Assembly (NCBI RefSeq): GCF_000737315.1
Contig: NZ_JMCB01000006.1
Coordinates: 20,001-268,000, forward strand
Direction of reading: 5' to 3'
Source of the DNA: Hyalangium minutum
Lineage (GTDB): Bacteria; Myxococcota; Myxococcia; Myxococcales; Myxococcaceae
DNA length: 248,000 nt
Made by a program: the position numbers and the translations under genes. Each line of letters begins with the position of its first letter. The first letter of the stretch is position 1. Shown piece after piece: positions 36,316-46,810 of the stretch. The notes below the pieces were generated by a model. That model saw nothing but the letters and a program-made list of their open reading frames with translations, searched no databases and was not told the origin of the DNA.

Positions 36316-36939
36316 CTACTTCGTGGGCGCCGGTGCCCGCATTTTGGCACCCGTGGGGGCCTTCTCCTGCGGCTTTCCCCCTCCACCGGGCGTGACCGCA
36401 GCCGCCGCGGCATCCGGCTCGAACAGCCGCAGCGTCCACAGCGAGCCGGTGTTGTACCCAGGCAGGTTCATCGGGTTGAAGATGCTGGAGCTCGTCGCGA
36501 AGCCTCCCGCGTACGCAGGGGGGAACTCCGTCAGCTTCAGCGCGCAGCCCACCAGCACCACGCCTGGGCGCGGTACGGCGTTGCTCACCGCCGTGCACTT
36601 GCCCACTGCGGCGAAGTGCCCCTCAGGCAAGTCGAAGCTCGCGTACATGTCCGCCTGGGAGCCCTCGGCGAAGGTGCGATCGGTGACGAGCGCGCACGCC
36701 CTCGCCTTGCCTACTGCCTTCTGCTCACCGGCCTTCAGCTTGCCGTTCGCATCCCGCTCCGGCACGGAGACAATGCCTGGCAGCTTCACGTTCGCCTGAA
36801 AGGGCGCACCCTGGCAGAGGTTCGGATCCGCCGCCTTGGGGTCTTCCAAGGTCCGGAACTGGTACGACACCTCACCCGCCCGCGCCGACAGCGGCAGGAC
36901 GAGTGCGAGCGAGACCACAGCGACAGAGAGGCGCGGCAT
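36316..36939 (-). CDS. Secreted beta-rich hypothetical protein
   Basis: Signal peptide; coding-like codon usage. Confidence 0.6.
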   Translation of the reverse strand: MPRLSVAVVSLALVLPLSARAGEVSYQFRTLEDPKAADPNLCQGAPFQANVKLPGIVSVPERDANGKLKAGEQKAVGKARACALVTDRTFAEGSQADMYASFDLPEGHFAAVGKCTAVSNAVPRPGVVLVGCALKLTEFPPAYAGGFATSSSIFNPMNLPGYNTGSLWTLRLFEPDAAAAAVTPGGGGKPQEKAPTGAKMRAPAPTK

Positions 36940-37023
36940 GGGACGACTCCTCGGGATGGTGGGCTCCGGATCTAACGTGATCCGGGAGCACCACGACCAT
37001 CAGGGTCATCCGCACCCCAGCGG

Positions 37024-38121
37024 TTACAGCCGCACCAGCTGGGCGCCGTAGTGGACACTGGCGCCCACAGCGGCCACCATCACCACGTCCCCACTGCCCA
37101 GGCGCACCCGGCCGGACTCCAGGTCCTCGGCCAGCAGGATGAGCATGCCGGCCGCCGAGGTGTTGCCGTAGCGGTGCACATTCATCGCCACGCGCTCCGG
37201 GTCCAGCCCCGCGTGATGAACGAAGAACTCCATCAGCCGCCGGTTGGGCTGGTGGAAGTAGTAGCGCTTCACCTCGGAGGCCAGCTCCGGGTGGTTCTCC
37301 AGCACCGCGCTGATGCAGTGTCCCATGACGAGCGGGTAGCTCTCCGCCACCTTCTGCCCGTTCACCACGAAGGCCATGTCGCCCGGACGCGCGCGGCCCT
37401 GGAAGGGCAGCTTCATGTTCCCGCCGCCGCGGCGGAAGACCAGCTCCCCATGGGTGTTTCCGGACATCGTCGCCAGGATGCCCGTGCCCTCCTCGCCATC
37501 CGCGCGGAGGATGACCGCGCCCGCCCCGTCTCCGAACACATACCCAGACAGGTACGCATTGAGCGGCTTGGCGCCGGGCGAGGGGATGATCTCGTCCGTA
37601 TAAACCTGGCGGTTCACGTGCGGCGAGCACAGCGACGAGGCCACCACCGCCACCGTCTTGAAGCGGCCGCCCTCCATCATCTTGGCCGCCATGTCGATGA
37701 TGTACGGGGTGCCGCCGCACCCATCGTCAATCACGAGCGCGAAGGTGTCCGTGCGGCACTCCAGGCGCCGGTGCAGCTCCATGGCGTCGTGGTTGAAGTT
37801 CAGCTCGTCCGGCGTGCAGGTGACGAGCAGGATGGCGTCCAGCTCCTTCGCCTCCACGCCGGACTGCACGAGCGCCTTGCGCAGGGCAATCTCACACATG
37901 TCCGTGTTCGACGCCGGATAGACGGGCAGATCATTCTCGGGTGGAGCAATGGCCACACCCTCCTTGTCATCGATCTCCCACAGATAGCGGCGCTCCTCGA
38001 TGCCCGTCTTCTCGAGAATGCGCTCAGGGGTCCAACCCGGGAAGGCGCGTGCAATGCGCTCGTTGTTGATGACTCGGGAAGGAACGAAGGCGCCGGCTCC
38101 AGCAAAACGCACAGTGGGCAT
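37024..38121 (-). CDS. 3-oxoacyl-ACP synthase III (FabH-like) family protein
   Basis: Catalytic C (DGCGG), H (FHQPN), N (YGNTSAA). Confidence 0.85.
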   Translation of the reverse strand: MPTVRFAGAGAFVPSRVINNERIARAFPGWTPERILEKTGIEERRYLWEIDDKEGVAIAPPENDLPVYPASNTDMCEIALRKALVQSGVEAKELDAILLVTCTPDELNFNHDAMELHRRLECRTDTFALVIDDGCGGTPYIIDMAAKMMEGGRFKTVAVVASSLCSPHVNRQVYTDEIIPSPGAKPLNAYLSGYVFGDGAGAVILRADGEEGTGILATMSGNTHGELVFRRGGGNMKLPFQGRARPGDMAFVVNGQKVAESYPLVMGHCISAVLENHPELASEVKRYYFHQPNRRLMEFFVHHAGLDPERVAMNVHRYGNTSAAGMLILLAEDLESGRVRLGSGDVVMVAAVGASVHYGAQLVRL

Positions 38122-38566
38122 GGTCGTTTCTCGCGGTGATGTGAGGTGCTCGCCTGCTGATGGAGGTCATCAGCAGGTGGCATGCCACTCGCCGCAGGTG
38201 GGTGAAGGCGCGTCCCAGGCCTTCTCCCGCCCTCATGGGCGCCCCGCCCCTCTTCCCCCGTTTTCCAAATAATTCGTTTCTTTCCTGACAAATGGGACCC
38301 CGGTCAGATCCTCGAAGTGCTCGAATTCACGACTGAAATCGAGTCCGAGGAGACCTCTTGGGTTGAGTGCCACCGAGCAGGCGTGCTCGACGTGTAGGCA
38401 GAGCTGGGCCGAGCGGGTGGGTCTCTCAAGACACCGGGGGGTCATGCCTGCCTTCAGAGCGGCAGCCACAGGGGTTCGGGTGACCCACCCCCCTGGGTGA
38501 GTCTGAGTGCGCTCACGCTCGCACCACCCTATCAGGTCGTCCTCCGGAGGAGCCTTCCGGGGCACT

Positions 38567-40171
38567 TCAATGGTGGGGAGGCGGGGCCGCCGGAGGCGTC
38601 CGCTGGGCGGCGGGTGTCGAGCGCCGGGCAGCCGGGAGCGGGTGCCGGGGCAGAGACACGGTGAAGGTGGTCCCGCTCTCCCGCGTGGAGTCCACGGAGA
38701 TGCTGCCGCCATGGGCCTCCACGATGTGCTTCACGATGAAGAGCCCCAGGCCGAGGGAGTGCTTGCCGTGGCACCCCGGGCCATCGCCTCGCTTGAGCGG
38801 TTGGAAGAGCTGGTCCATCAGCTCTGGGGGGATGGGCTCCCCCTCGTTGTGCACGGAGAGGCGCACCTCGTCGGGCAGGCCGAACGTGCGCACCTGCACC
38901 GCGCAGTGCTCGGAGCCGTAAGCCAGGGCGTTGCGCACCAGGTTGGTGATGAGCTGCGACAGCCGGTCTCCGTCCCACTCGCCGCGCCCCTCGCCTCGCT
39001 GTTCCAGGAGGAGCTGCCGGTGCGGGTGGGCGAGCTGGACTTCCTCCACCGCCTGCCGCGTGAGCTCGTGCAAGTCCAACGGCCGGAGCTTCACCGGGAG
39101 GGAGCCCTGGAACCGGACCTGGGTGAAGTCCAGCAGGTCCTCCAGCATCCGGGCGGCGCGATCGGCGCTGCAGAGGATGCGCTCGAGGGTGCGGCGGCCT
39201 CGCTCGTCCTGCCCGCCCTGCTTCAACAGCAGCATGGCGGCCATGGAGATGGCGTTGATGGGGTTGCGCAGATCATGGCTGACGATGCCGATGAGGTGCT
39301 GCTCGATGTCGGCCCGCCGCCGCTCCTCCTGCTCGGTCCGCTTGAGCTCGGTGATGTCCTGGAGGGCGCCCACCATGCGCAGGGCCCGGCCTTCCGCGTC
39401 GCGCGCCACGTAGGCCCGGTCGCGCACGAGCATGTACGCGCCGTCCCCGCGCAGGAAGCGGTACTCGTCCATCCAGTGGGCGTCGCCTCCTTCGAGTGCC
39501 GCTTGGAGGCCGCTCACCACGCGCTGGCGGTCCTCGGGGTGGATGTGCTCTTCCCACCAGCCGATGGAGGTATCCACCCCGGAGGCGGGGTGGCCGGTGA
39601 GCCGGGAGAGGCTGTCGCTCCAGTCCACCTGTCCCGTCATGATGTTCCAGTCCCAGACGAGATCCTGGGTGGCCATGGTGGCCAGGCGGTAGCGCGTCTC
39701 GGATTGGCGCAGCTTCTCCTCGGCTCGCTTGCGCTCGGAGAGGTGCTCCTGTGTGTAGCGCCGCAGGGAGCTCTCGATGGCGGTGGCCAGCGCATCCAGC
39801 AGGCGGTTCAGCGCCTGAGGCTCCAGAGGCCAATGATCTTCATCGAGGACATTGAAGATGATGAAGCGCAGCAGGGCGTACTCCCGCACCACTTCGGAGG
39901 GATCGAACCCCAGGCGGAAGCGCTGGGCGCCATGGGTCTCGGCGAGCGCCTCCAAGGAAGCGCCCCGAGGGCGGTCCGGGGCAGGCGAGCCTCGCAGGGC
40001 CGCAATCACCGCGACGAGGAACTCGGGCAGGGAGTCGAGCAGCTCGGCTCGGGGCAGGCGGGCCGCAGAGGGCCTCTTTCGCGCCTGCTCCTCCCAGCGG
40101 CGGGCAATGTCCTCGCTGCGAGCCTCCAGCAGCTGGGCGAGGCCCCCGCTCGTTGGGTCGCACGGCGTCAT
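38567..40171 (-). CDS. Cytoplasmic histidine kinase, RsbRD-N-PAS-HisKA-HATPase
   Basis: HGAQRFRLGF, HPEDR PAS, SHDLRNP. Confidence 0.85.
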   Translation of the reverse strand: MTPCDPTSGGLAQLLEARSEDIARRWEEQARKRPSAARLPRAELLDSLPEFLVAVIAALRGSPAPDRPRGASLEALAETHGAQRFRLGFDPSEVVREYALLRFIIFNVLDEDHWPLEPQALNRLLDALATAIESSLRRYTQEHLSERKRAEEKLRQSETRYRLATMATQDLVWDWNIMTGQVDWSDSLSRLTGHPASGVDTSIGWWEEHIHPEDRQRVVSGLQAALEGGDAHWMDEYRFLRGDGAYMLVRDRAYVARDAEGRALRMVGALQDITELKRTEQEERRRADIEQHLIGIVSHDLRNPINAISMAAMLLLKQGGQDERGRRTLERILCSADRAARMLEDLLDFTQVRFQGSLPVKLRPLDLHELTRQAVEEVQLAHPHRQLLLEQRGEGRGEWDGDRLSQLITNLVRNALAYGSEHCAVQVRTFGLPDEVRLSVHNEGEPIPPELMDQLFQPLKRGDGPGCHGKHSLGLGLFIVKHIVEAHGGSISVDSTRESGTTFTVSLPRHPLPAARRSTPAAQRTPPAAPPPHH

Positions 40172-40413
40172 GGAACCGCTCCTCCCATGGGCACGTCAGC
40201 CAATGTGGGCACGCCCGGGAGCGATGAGGAGGGGCACGTCCGTCCGAGGCTGAGGCGTCCCTGCCTGCCTGGACTCGGACGAGCGGGGCGCTCCGGAAGC
40301 TGTACTACCTGACAGATGGGGGCACTTCTGAGGTTGCAACGGGAGCCGGGCCATCTAAGGTGGGGACACCACCGCGAGCTCGGGAGCAAACCGGGAGCGC
40401 TGGTGCCTGTGTC

Positions 40414-41187
40414 ATGGGCCACGTCCACATCATCCGAGACTTCGAATCCCCCCAGGAAGGCTTCACGCGGACCCTCCGCATCTACACGCCGGACGGGTAC
40501 GACGAGCACGGTGAGCACCGCTACCCCGTCCTTTATATGCATGACGGGCAGAACGTGTTCGCGCACCCGGAGTCGTCGGTCTTCGACACGTGGTGTGCCA
40601 ACCACGCGCTGGAGGCGCTGGTGGCCGAGGGCCGGCTGGAGCCGTGGATCATCGTCGCGGTGGACTCGGGGCCGGGACGGTTCCAGGAGTACTCGCCGTG
40701 GGACGAGCCGCGCAACCAGGTGAAGGCGCGGGGCCCGCAGTACGCGCGCTTCCTGGTGGAGCAGGTGAAGCCGTACGTGGACCGCGTCTACCGCACGCGT
40801 CCGGGTCCGGAGTGGACAGGGGCGATGGGCTCGTCCCTGGGCGGGCTCATCTCGCTGTACCTCGGGTGGCAGTACCCAGAGGTGTTCGGTCGGATTGGGG
40901 CGCTGTCGCCCACGGTGATGTGGAGCGAGCGGCAGCTCTTCACGAAGTGGACTGCCCACAGCCAGAAGTGGTCGCGCATCTATTTGGATGCGGGCTCCAC
41001 GGAGCACATCGCCACGGACAACGTGCCGCTGAATTACGGGGTGGCCACGCGCGAGTTCTACAGCCACCTGAAGCAGGTGGGGTACCACGACCACGAGGTG
41101 ATTCTGGTGCTGGAGCCGGGTGGGCAGCACCACGAGAAGGACTGGCAGCGGCGGCTGCCGTTCGCGTTCCGGTGGCTGCTGAGCTGA
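40414..41187 (+). CDS. Putative esterase (alpha/beta hydrolase)
   Basis: LYMHDGQN, GSSLGG nucleophile, HHEKDW. Confidence 0.85.
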   Translation: MGHVHIIRDFESPQEGFTRTLRIYTPDGYDEHGEHRYPVLYMHDGQNVFAHPESSVFDTWCANHALEALVAEGRLEPWIIVAVDSGPGRFQEYSPWDEPRNQVKARGPQYARFLVEQVKPYVDRVYRTRPGPEWTGAMGSSLGGLISLYLGWQYPEVFGRIGALSPTVMWSERQLFTKWTAHSQKWSRIYLDAGSTEHIATDNVPLNYGVATREFYSHLKQVGYHDHEVILVLEPGGQHHEKDWQRRLPFAFRWLLS

Positions 41188-41206
41188 GCCGGAGCGTAGG
41201 CCTGGG

Positions 41207-42373
41207 CTAGCGGAGGGCCTGGACGAAGCGCACGTCCTCGCGCAGGCGCTCCAGGTCCGCGTGGCGGGTGAGGTACATCTCGCTGCCCATGGCGGCCTGG
41301 TAGACGCTGGGCATGCTGGTGGTGTGCATCATCAGCGCGTGGCCGAGCCGGCGCAGCACCTCCTCGTGGCTGTGGAGGTAGGGGCGGCCGGCGCGCCGGG
41401 CGATGTGGCACACGTGGTACTTGGGGGCGAAGCGGATGTCAGTGACGGGATCGCCGGTGACGAGGCGGGCCCAGAGCCGGTACACGTCGACGTCGCAGGC
41501 GTAGTTGATCATGTCCGTCATGAAGCCGCCGGGGGGGCGGAGGTTCGCCTCGAGCGCGACGAAGCGGTCACCGGGGAGACGGAAGAACTCCAGGTGGAAC
41601 CAGCGCTCACGCAAGCCGAGTGCGTCCACGGCCTTGCGGCCGAGCTCATCGAGCGAGTCGGGGATGGACTTGAGGCTCCAGAAGGAGATGTCGCGCTTCT
41701 CGGTGACGACCTCCATGACGCCGTCGCTGTACTCGTGGCTGAGGGTGAAGAGAATCTTCCCCTCGCGGTCCACGACGCCGTCATAGGTGACGATGGTGCC
41801 CTGGACGAAGGCCTGGGCGACGTAGGAGGTGGGCAGGGGCTGGGCGAGCGCCTGATCGACTTCGGCGTCGCTGCTGACCTTGAAGGTGTGCGCGGCGCCC
41901 ACGCCGACGTCGGGCTTGAGGACGAGCGGGTAGCCCACGCGCTGGGCGAAGGCCTTCACTTGAGCGGCACTCTGGACAAGCTCGAGCTCGGGGTGGGGCA
42001 CGCTGGCGTCACGGAAGACGGTGGCCATGCCGGACTTGGAGCGGAGGCGCTGGATGTCCGAGGGCTTGAGGCCGAAGACGTTGAAGTCCTCGCGCAGGCG
42101 GGCCTCCTGGCCGAGCCAGGACTCGTTGAGCGACTCGATGCGGTGGATGCGGCCGTGGCGCCAGGTGAGGTAGCCGGTGGCGCGCAGGAGGGCGTCGTAG
42201 TCGTGGAGGCTGGGGGTGAAGAAGTACTCGCGGAGGTTCTCCCGCAGCTCGTGGCGCAGGGTGTCGTAGGGGGTGTCACCGATGGCCAGCACGTTGACGC
42301 CCCGCTCCCGCAGAGCGGTGATGAAGTGGAAGAACTGAGGCGGAAAGTGGGGAGAGATGAAGACGAAGTTCAT
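41207..42373 (-). CDS. ATP-grasp domain protein
   Basis: FISPHFP, LKPDVGVGA, HLEFF, EANLRPPGG. Confidence 0.8.
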   Translation of the reverse strand: MNFVFISPHFPPQFFHFITALRERGVNVLAIGDTPYDTLRHELRENLREYFFTPSLHDYDALLRATGYLTWRHGRIHRIESLNESWLGQEARLREDFNVFGLKPSDIQRLRSKSGMATVFRDASVPHPELELVQSAAQVKAFAQRVGYPLVLKPDVGVGAAHTFKVSSDAEVDQALAQPLPTSYVAQAFVQGTIVTYDGVVDREGKILFTLSHEYSDGVMEVVTEKRDISFWSLKSIPDSLDELGRKAVDALGLRERWFHLEFFRLPGDRFVALEANLRPPGGFMTDMINYACDVDVYRLWARLVTGDPVTDIRFAPKYHVCHIARRAGRPYLHSHEEVLRRLGHALMMHTTSMPSVYQAAMGSEMYLTRHADLERLREDVRFVQALR

Positions 42374-42621
42374 GGCTCGCCGGAGTGGGGGCTCCCGTGG
42401 GCCCGACCATAGCGCGGCCAGGGGCGATGCCTACTTCCTGACGAGCGGGAGCCACGGGTAGGCCCCCTTGCCCGGTAGGTATCCACTGTGGGCCCTCAGG
42501 TTCGGGCACGGGGACACGGTCCTGGGGGCACAGGTCGCGGGTCCCTCGGCTCGGTGCGGGGCCCCCCGTCAGCGGACGGGTCCTCCCGCACCGGCCGTCC
42601 CGCTCTCCCTCGGCTCACGGC

Positions 42622-44301
42622 TCAGTTCTTCGTCAGCGGCCGGTACCGGATGCGGTGCGGCTGCAGCGCCTCGGGCCCCAAGCGCTTCTTCTTGTCCGCC
42701 TCGTAGTCCTGGAAGTTGCCCTCGAAGAAGAACACCTTGCTGTCCCCCTCGAACGCCAGGATGTGCGTCGCGATGCGGTCCAGGAACCACCGGTCGTGGC
42801 TGATCACCACCGCGCACCCCGCGAAGTTCAGCAGCGCCTCCTCCAGGCTCCGCAGCGTCTCCACGTCCAGGTCGTTCGTCGGCTCGTCCAGCAGCAGCAG
42901 GTTGCCACCGCTCTTCAGCATCTTCGCCAGGTGCACCCGGTTGCGCTCGCCGCCCGACAGGTCCTTCACCCGCTTCTGCTGATCCTGACCCTTGAACGCG
43001 AACCCCGCCAGGTACGCACGGCTCGGCATCTGCCCCGCCCGTCCCAGGTCGATGTGGTCCAGCCCGCCGCTGACCTCCTCGAACACCGACTTGTCCCCAT
43101 TCAGCGCGTCACGGCTCTGGTCCACGTAGGCCAGCTTCACCGTCTCGCCCACCTTCAGCTCGCCCGCGTCCGGCTTCTCCACGCCCGTGATCATCCGGAA
43201 CAGCGTCGTCTTGCCCGCACCGTTCGGCCCAATCACGCCCACGATACCACCCGGCGGCAACTTGAAGTTCAGGTCCTCAACCAGCAGCCGGTCTCCGAAC
43301 GACTTGCGCAGCCCCTTCGCCTCCACCACCAGCCCGCCCAGCTTCGGCCCCGGCGGAATCGTCACCTCGCCGGTCGCATCGCGCTTCTCCTGCGTCTGGT
43401 TGACCAGATCCTCGTACGCCTGGATGCGCGCCTTGCTCTTGGCCTGACGCGCCTTCGGGCTCGCCCGCACCCACTCCAGCTCGCGCTTGAGCGTCTTCTG
43501 CCGGTGGCTCTCCGCCTTCTCCTCCAGCTCCAGCCGCTTCTGCTTCTGGTCCAGCCACGAGGAGTAGTTCCCCTTCCAGGGCACGCCCTCGCCCCGGTCC
43601 AGCTCCAGGATCCACTCCGCCACGTTGTCCAGGAAGTACCGGTCGTGAGTAATACTGACGATCGTCCCCTTGTAGTCCTTCAGCGCCTTCTCCAGCCACG
43701 CCACGCTCTCGGCATCCAGGTGGTTGGTGGGCTCGTCCAGCAACAGCAGGTCCGGCTTCTCCAGCAGGATGCGGCACAGCGCCACACGGCGCTTCTCACC
43801 GCCCGACAGCTTCGTCACGTCCGCATCGCCCGGCGGCAGCCGCAGCGAGTCCATCGCCATCTCGATGGTCCGGTCCAGCTCCCAGCCGTTCGCCGCATCA
43901 ATCGCGTCCTGCAGCTTGCCCTGCTCGGCCAGCAGCTTCTCCATCTCCGTGTCGCTCAAGGGCTCGCCGAACTTGGCGGACACCTCGTTGAAGCGATCCA
44001 TCAGGCCGCGGATCTCCTTCAGGCCCAGCTCCACGTTCCCCTTCACGTCCAGCGAAGCGTCGAGCTGGGGCTCCTGCGGCAGGAAGCCCACCTTCGCGCC
44101 CGGGTCCGGCTTGGCAATGCCGAAGAACTCCTTGTCCACCCCGGCCATGATGCGCAGCAGCGTGGACTTACCCGAGCCGTTCGGGCCGATGACGCCAATC
44201 TTCGCGCCCGGGAAGAAGGACAGGTAGATGCCCTTGAGGATGTCCTTCCCACCCTTGACCTTGCGCAGGTCCTGCATGGTGAAGATGAAGTTCTGGGCCA
44301 T
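42622..44301 (-). CDS. ettA: Energy-dependent translational throttle protein (ABC-F)
   Basis: [23 protein letters not shown]; two ABC domains; [19 protein letters not shown]. Confidence 0.95.
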   Translation of the reverse strand: MAQNFIFTMQDLRKVKGGKDILKGIYLSFFPGAKIGVIGPNGSGKSTLLRIMAGVDKEFFGIAKPDPGAKVGFLPQEPQLDASLDVKGNVELGLKEIRGLMDRFNEVSAKFGEPLSDTEMEKLLAEQGKLQDAIDAANGWELDRTIEMAMDSLRLPPGDADVTKLSGGEKRRVALCRILLEKPDLLLLDEPTNHLDAESVAWLEKALKDYKGTIVSITHDRYFLDNVAEWILELDRGEGVPWKGNYSSWLDQKQKRLELEEKAESHRQKTLKRELEWVRASPKARQAKSKARIQAYEDLVNQTQEKRDATGEVTIPPGPKLGGLVVEAKGLRKSFGDRLLVEDLNFKLPPGGIVGVIGPNGAGKTTLFRMITGVEKPDAGELKVGETVKLAYVDQSRDALNGDKSVFEEVSGGLDHIDLGRAGQMPSRAYLAGFAFKGQDQQKRVKDLSGGERNRVHLAKMLKSGGNLLLLDEPTNDLDVETLRSLEEALLNFAGCAVVISHDRWFLDRIATHILAFEGDSKVFFFEGNFQDYEADKKKRLGPEALQPHRIRYRPLTKN

Positions 44302-44402
44302 CGCGGGTTCGGTGCCTCCAAGTGACGACGTAGACGGTGGCGGATACTAAGGAGGGCCGCGCGGTGCAAGGAACTCTCCATGCCTCCGCCCTGCCCGAGT
44401 GC

Positions 44403-44918
44403 TCAGCGGCGCAGCCGCTCCCACAGGGACTCGGCGAGCATGTACGCGAAGTCCGCGTCCCCGAAGCGCACCAGATCCCCGTCCTGGACGTAATACTCCT
44501 TGTGGGCATCCAGGAGGTGCCCGTTCAGCTGCGTACCATTCATCGAGCCCAGGTCCACGATGGTGCTGGTGTCCGTCTGCCCGTGCCAGCTCAGCCGCGC
44601 GTGCTCCTTGGAGACGGACGGATCGTTGATGACCAAATCGCAACTCGGCAGGCGCCCCACCGAGAGCGAGTCCACGCTGCGCAGCGGCGGCAGCGTGGCG
44701 ACAATCAGCTCGTCGAAGCGCAGCATCACCGCCAGCTGCATGGCCTCCAGGCTGGGGCCCGTGGCCGCCATGGTGCTCTGCGCCCCCATGCGCATCGCCA
44801 TCTGCTCCACCACCGGCCGCGGCGGCTTCTGCACCAGCACGAAGGGACCAATCTGATTGCAGAAGAACGCCTCGGTCAGCCGCGAGGCCAGCGACCGCAA
44901 TTCCCGGACATTGAGCAT
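44403..44918 (-). CDS. FHA domain protein
   Basis: VGRLPSCD, SVSKEHA, DLGSMNGT. Confidence 0.85.
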   Translation of the reverse strand: MLNVRELRSLASRLTEAFFCNQIGPFVLVQKPPRPVVEQMAMRMGAQSTMAATGPSLEAMQLAVMLRFDELIVATLPPLRSVDSLSVGRLPSCDLVINDPSVSKEHARLSWHGQTDTSTIVDLGSMNGTQLNGHLLDAHKEYYVQDGDLVRFGDADFAYMLAESLWERLRR

Positions 44919-44984
44919 GGCGCGCGCAGTCTAGCGCGGCGAGGGATGACCACCACTCCCAGAGGTGCTAAGCCCGCCTCCGCC

Positions 44985-45917
44985 ATGTCCTCGCCCGTCC
45001 TGGAGCTGCAGGGGCTCACCAAGTCCTATGCCAAGCTCACCGCGCTCTCCGACGTGAACCTCTCCATCCGCCAGGGTGAAATCTTCGCCCTGCTGGGCCC
45101 CAATGGAGCAGGCAAGACGACACTCATCGGCTCCATCTGCGGCCTGGTGAAGAAGACCAGCGGCCGCATCCTCCTGTTCGGCAAGGATCTGGACCAGGAC
45201 CCCGTGGGCCCTCGCTATGACGTGGGCCTCGTCCCCCAGGAGATCAACTTCGACCCCTTCTTCTCCGTCGCCGAGTCCCTCCGCATCCAGCTCGGCTACT
45301 ACGGCCGCCCCCGCGACGACGCCCGCGTGGACGAGGTGCTCACCGCCCTCAACCTCCAGGCCAAGAAGAACTCCCTCACCCGTGCCCTCTCGGGCGGCAT
45401 GAAGCGCCGCCTCCTCATCGCCAAGGCCCTGGTGCACAAGCCGAAGCTCGTCTTCCTCGACGAGCCCACCGCCGGCGTGGACGTGGAGCTGCGCCGCGAC
45501 CTGTGGACCTACGTGCGCAAGCTGGCCTCCGAGGGCACCACCGTCATCCTCACCACGCACTACTTGGAGGAGGCCGAGGAGCTCGCCGACCGCGTGGGCG
45601 TCATCAACGAGGGGCGCCTGCTGCTGGTGGAGGACAAGGCCTCGGTGATGCGCCGCTTCGGCGAGCGCCGCCTCGTGGTCACCTTCGAGCAGCCCCTGGC
45701 CGAGCTGCCCGAGGCCACCCGCCGCTTCAACGCCACCCTCTCCGAGGACCGCCGCACCCTCGCCTATATCGAGCGCGAGGGCACGCCCCCCTCCGGAGAG
45801 CTGCTGCGCGCCCTCTACGCCCAGGGCCTGCCCATCTCCGATGTGGAGACGCGGCGCTCGCGCCTGGAGGACGTCCTCATCGAAATCCTGCGAGGCCGCC
45901 CCCAGAAGGCTGCCTGA
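44985..45917 (+). CDS. ABC transporter ATP-binding protein (YadG-like)
   Basis: [25 protein letters not shown]. Confidence 0.9.
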   Translation: MSSPVLELQGLTKSYAKLTALSDVNLSIRQGEIFALLGPNGAGKTTLIGSICGLVKKTSGRILLFGKDLDQDPVGPRYDVGLVPQEINFDPFFSVAESLRIQLGYYGRPRDDARVDEVLTALNLQAKKNSLTRALSGGMKRRLLIAKALVHKPKLVFLDEPTAGVDVELRRDLWTYVRKLASEGTTVILTTHYLEEAEELADRVGVINEGRLLLVEDKASVMRRFGERRLVVTFEQPLAELPEATRRFNATLSEDRRTLAYIEREGTPPSGELLRALYAQGLPISDVETRRSRLEDVLIEILRGRPQKAA

Positions 45918-45926
45918 GCCAACGCC

Positions 45927-46688
45927 ATGAACACCCTTGGGATGAAGACGCTGTTCGAGAAGGAGGTCCGCCGCTTCATGCGCGTGCCGGGCCAGACCGT
46001 CCTCTCGCCGCTCATCAGCACCACGCTGTATTTCATCGTCTTCGGCTACTCCATCTCCTCGCGCGTCCACGAAGTGGAGGGCGTGCCGTACCTGCCCTTC
46101 ATCGTCCCGGGCCTCATCTTCCTGGGCATCGCCAACAACGCGTTCCTCAACTCCAGCTCCTCGCTCTTCATCACCAAGATTCAGGGCACGGTGGTGGACC
46201 TGCTCGTAGCCCCCCTGGGCCCCGGCGAGCTGATGGCCGGCTTCATTGGCGGCGCCATGGTGCGCGGGCTCGTGGTGGGCGCGCTCACCTGGGCCGTGGC
46301 CGCCATCTTCACCGGCTTCAGCCTCCAGCACGCCGTGGTGGCCGCCTACTTCCTGTTCATCGCCTCCTACGTCTTCAGCGTGCTGGGAATGCTGGCGGCC
46401 ATCTGGGCCGAGAAGTTCGAGCAGATCAACTTCTTCCCCACCTTCGTGATGATGCCGCTCACCTTCCTGGGTGGCGTCTTCTACTCGGTGCGCGAGCTGC
46501 CCTCGCCCTGGAACCAGATCAGCCTCTTCAACCCCATGGTCTATATGGTGGAGGGACTGCGCTATGGCATGCTGGGCCGCAGCATCTTTCCCCCCGCGCT
46601 GGGAGGTGGCATCCTGGCCGTCCTGGCCGTGGCTGCCACCCTGGTGGTCTACCTGGCGCTGCGCTCCGGCTACAAGATGAAGGCCTGA
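45927..46688 (+). CDS. ABC-2 permease (YadH-like)
   Basis: Six TMs; PLTFLGGVFYS. Confidence 0.9.
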   Translation: MNTLGMKTLFEKEVRRFMRVPGQTVLSPLISTTLYFIVFGYSISSRVHEVEGVPYLPFIVPGLIFLGIANNAFLNSSSSLFITKIQGTVVDLLVAPLGPGELMAGFIGGAMVRGLVVGALTWAVAAIFTGFSLQHAVVAAYFLFIASYVFSVLGMLAAIWAEKFEQINFFPTFVMMPLTFLGGVFYSVRELPSPWNQISLFNPMVYMVEGLRYGMLGRSIFPPALGGGILAVLAVAATLVVYLALRSGYKMKA

Positions 46689-46810
46689 CACCTGCCCACA
46701 GCGGGTTGAGGGCCACAGGACAATTCGCCTGGTTGCTCCCTCTTCTGGCCAGGGAACGGAAAGACGGGCTTTCACGTCGTACCCTGGCTCAGGGTATCTT
46801 AGAAAACGAG

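Noticed and set aside
44364-44380. Sigma-54-like -24/-12 spacing upstream of ettA (TGGAGAGTTCCTTGCA on the minus strand)
   Set aside because: Poor -24 match; such spacing occurs by chance in GC-rich DNA
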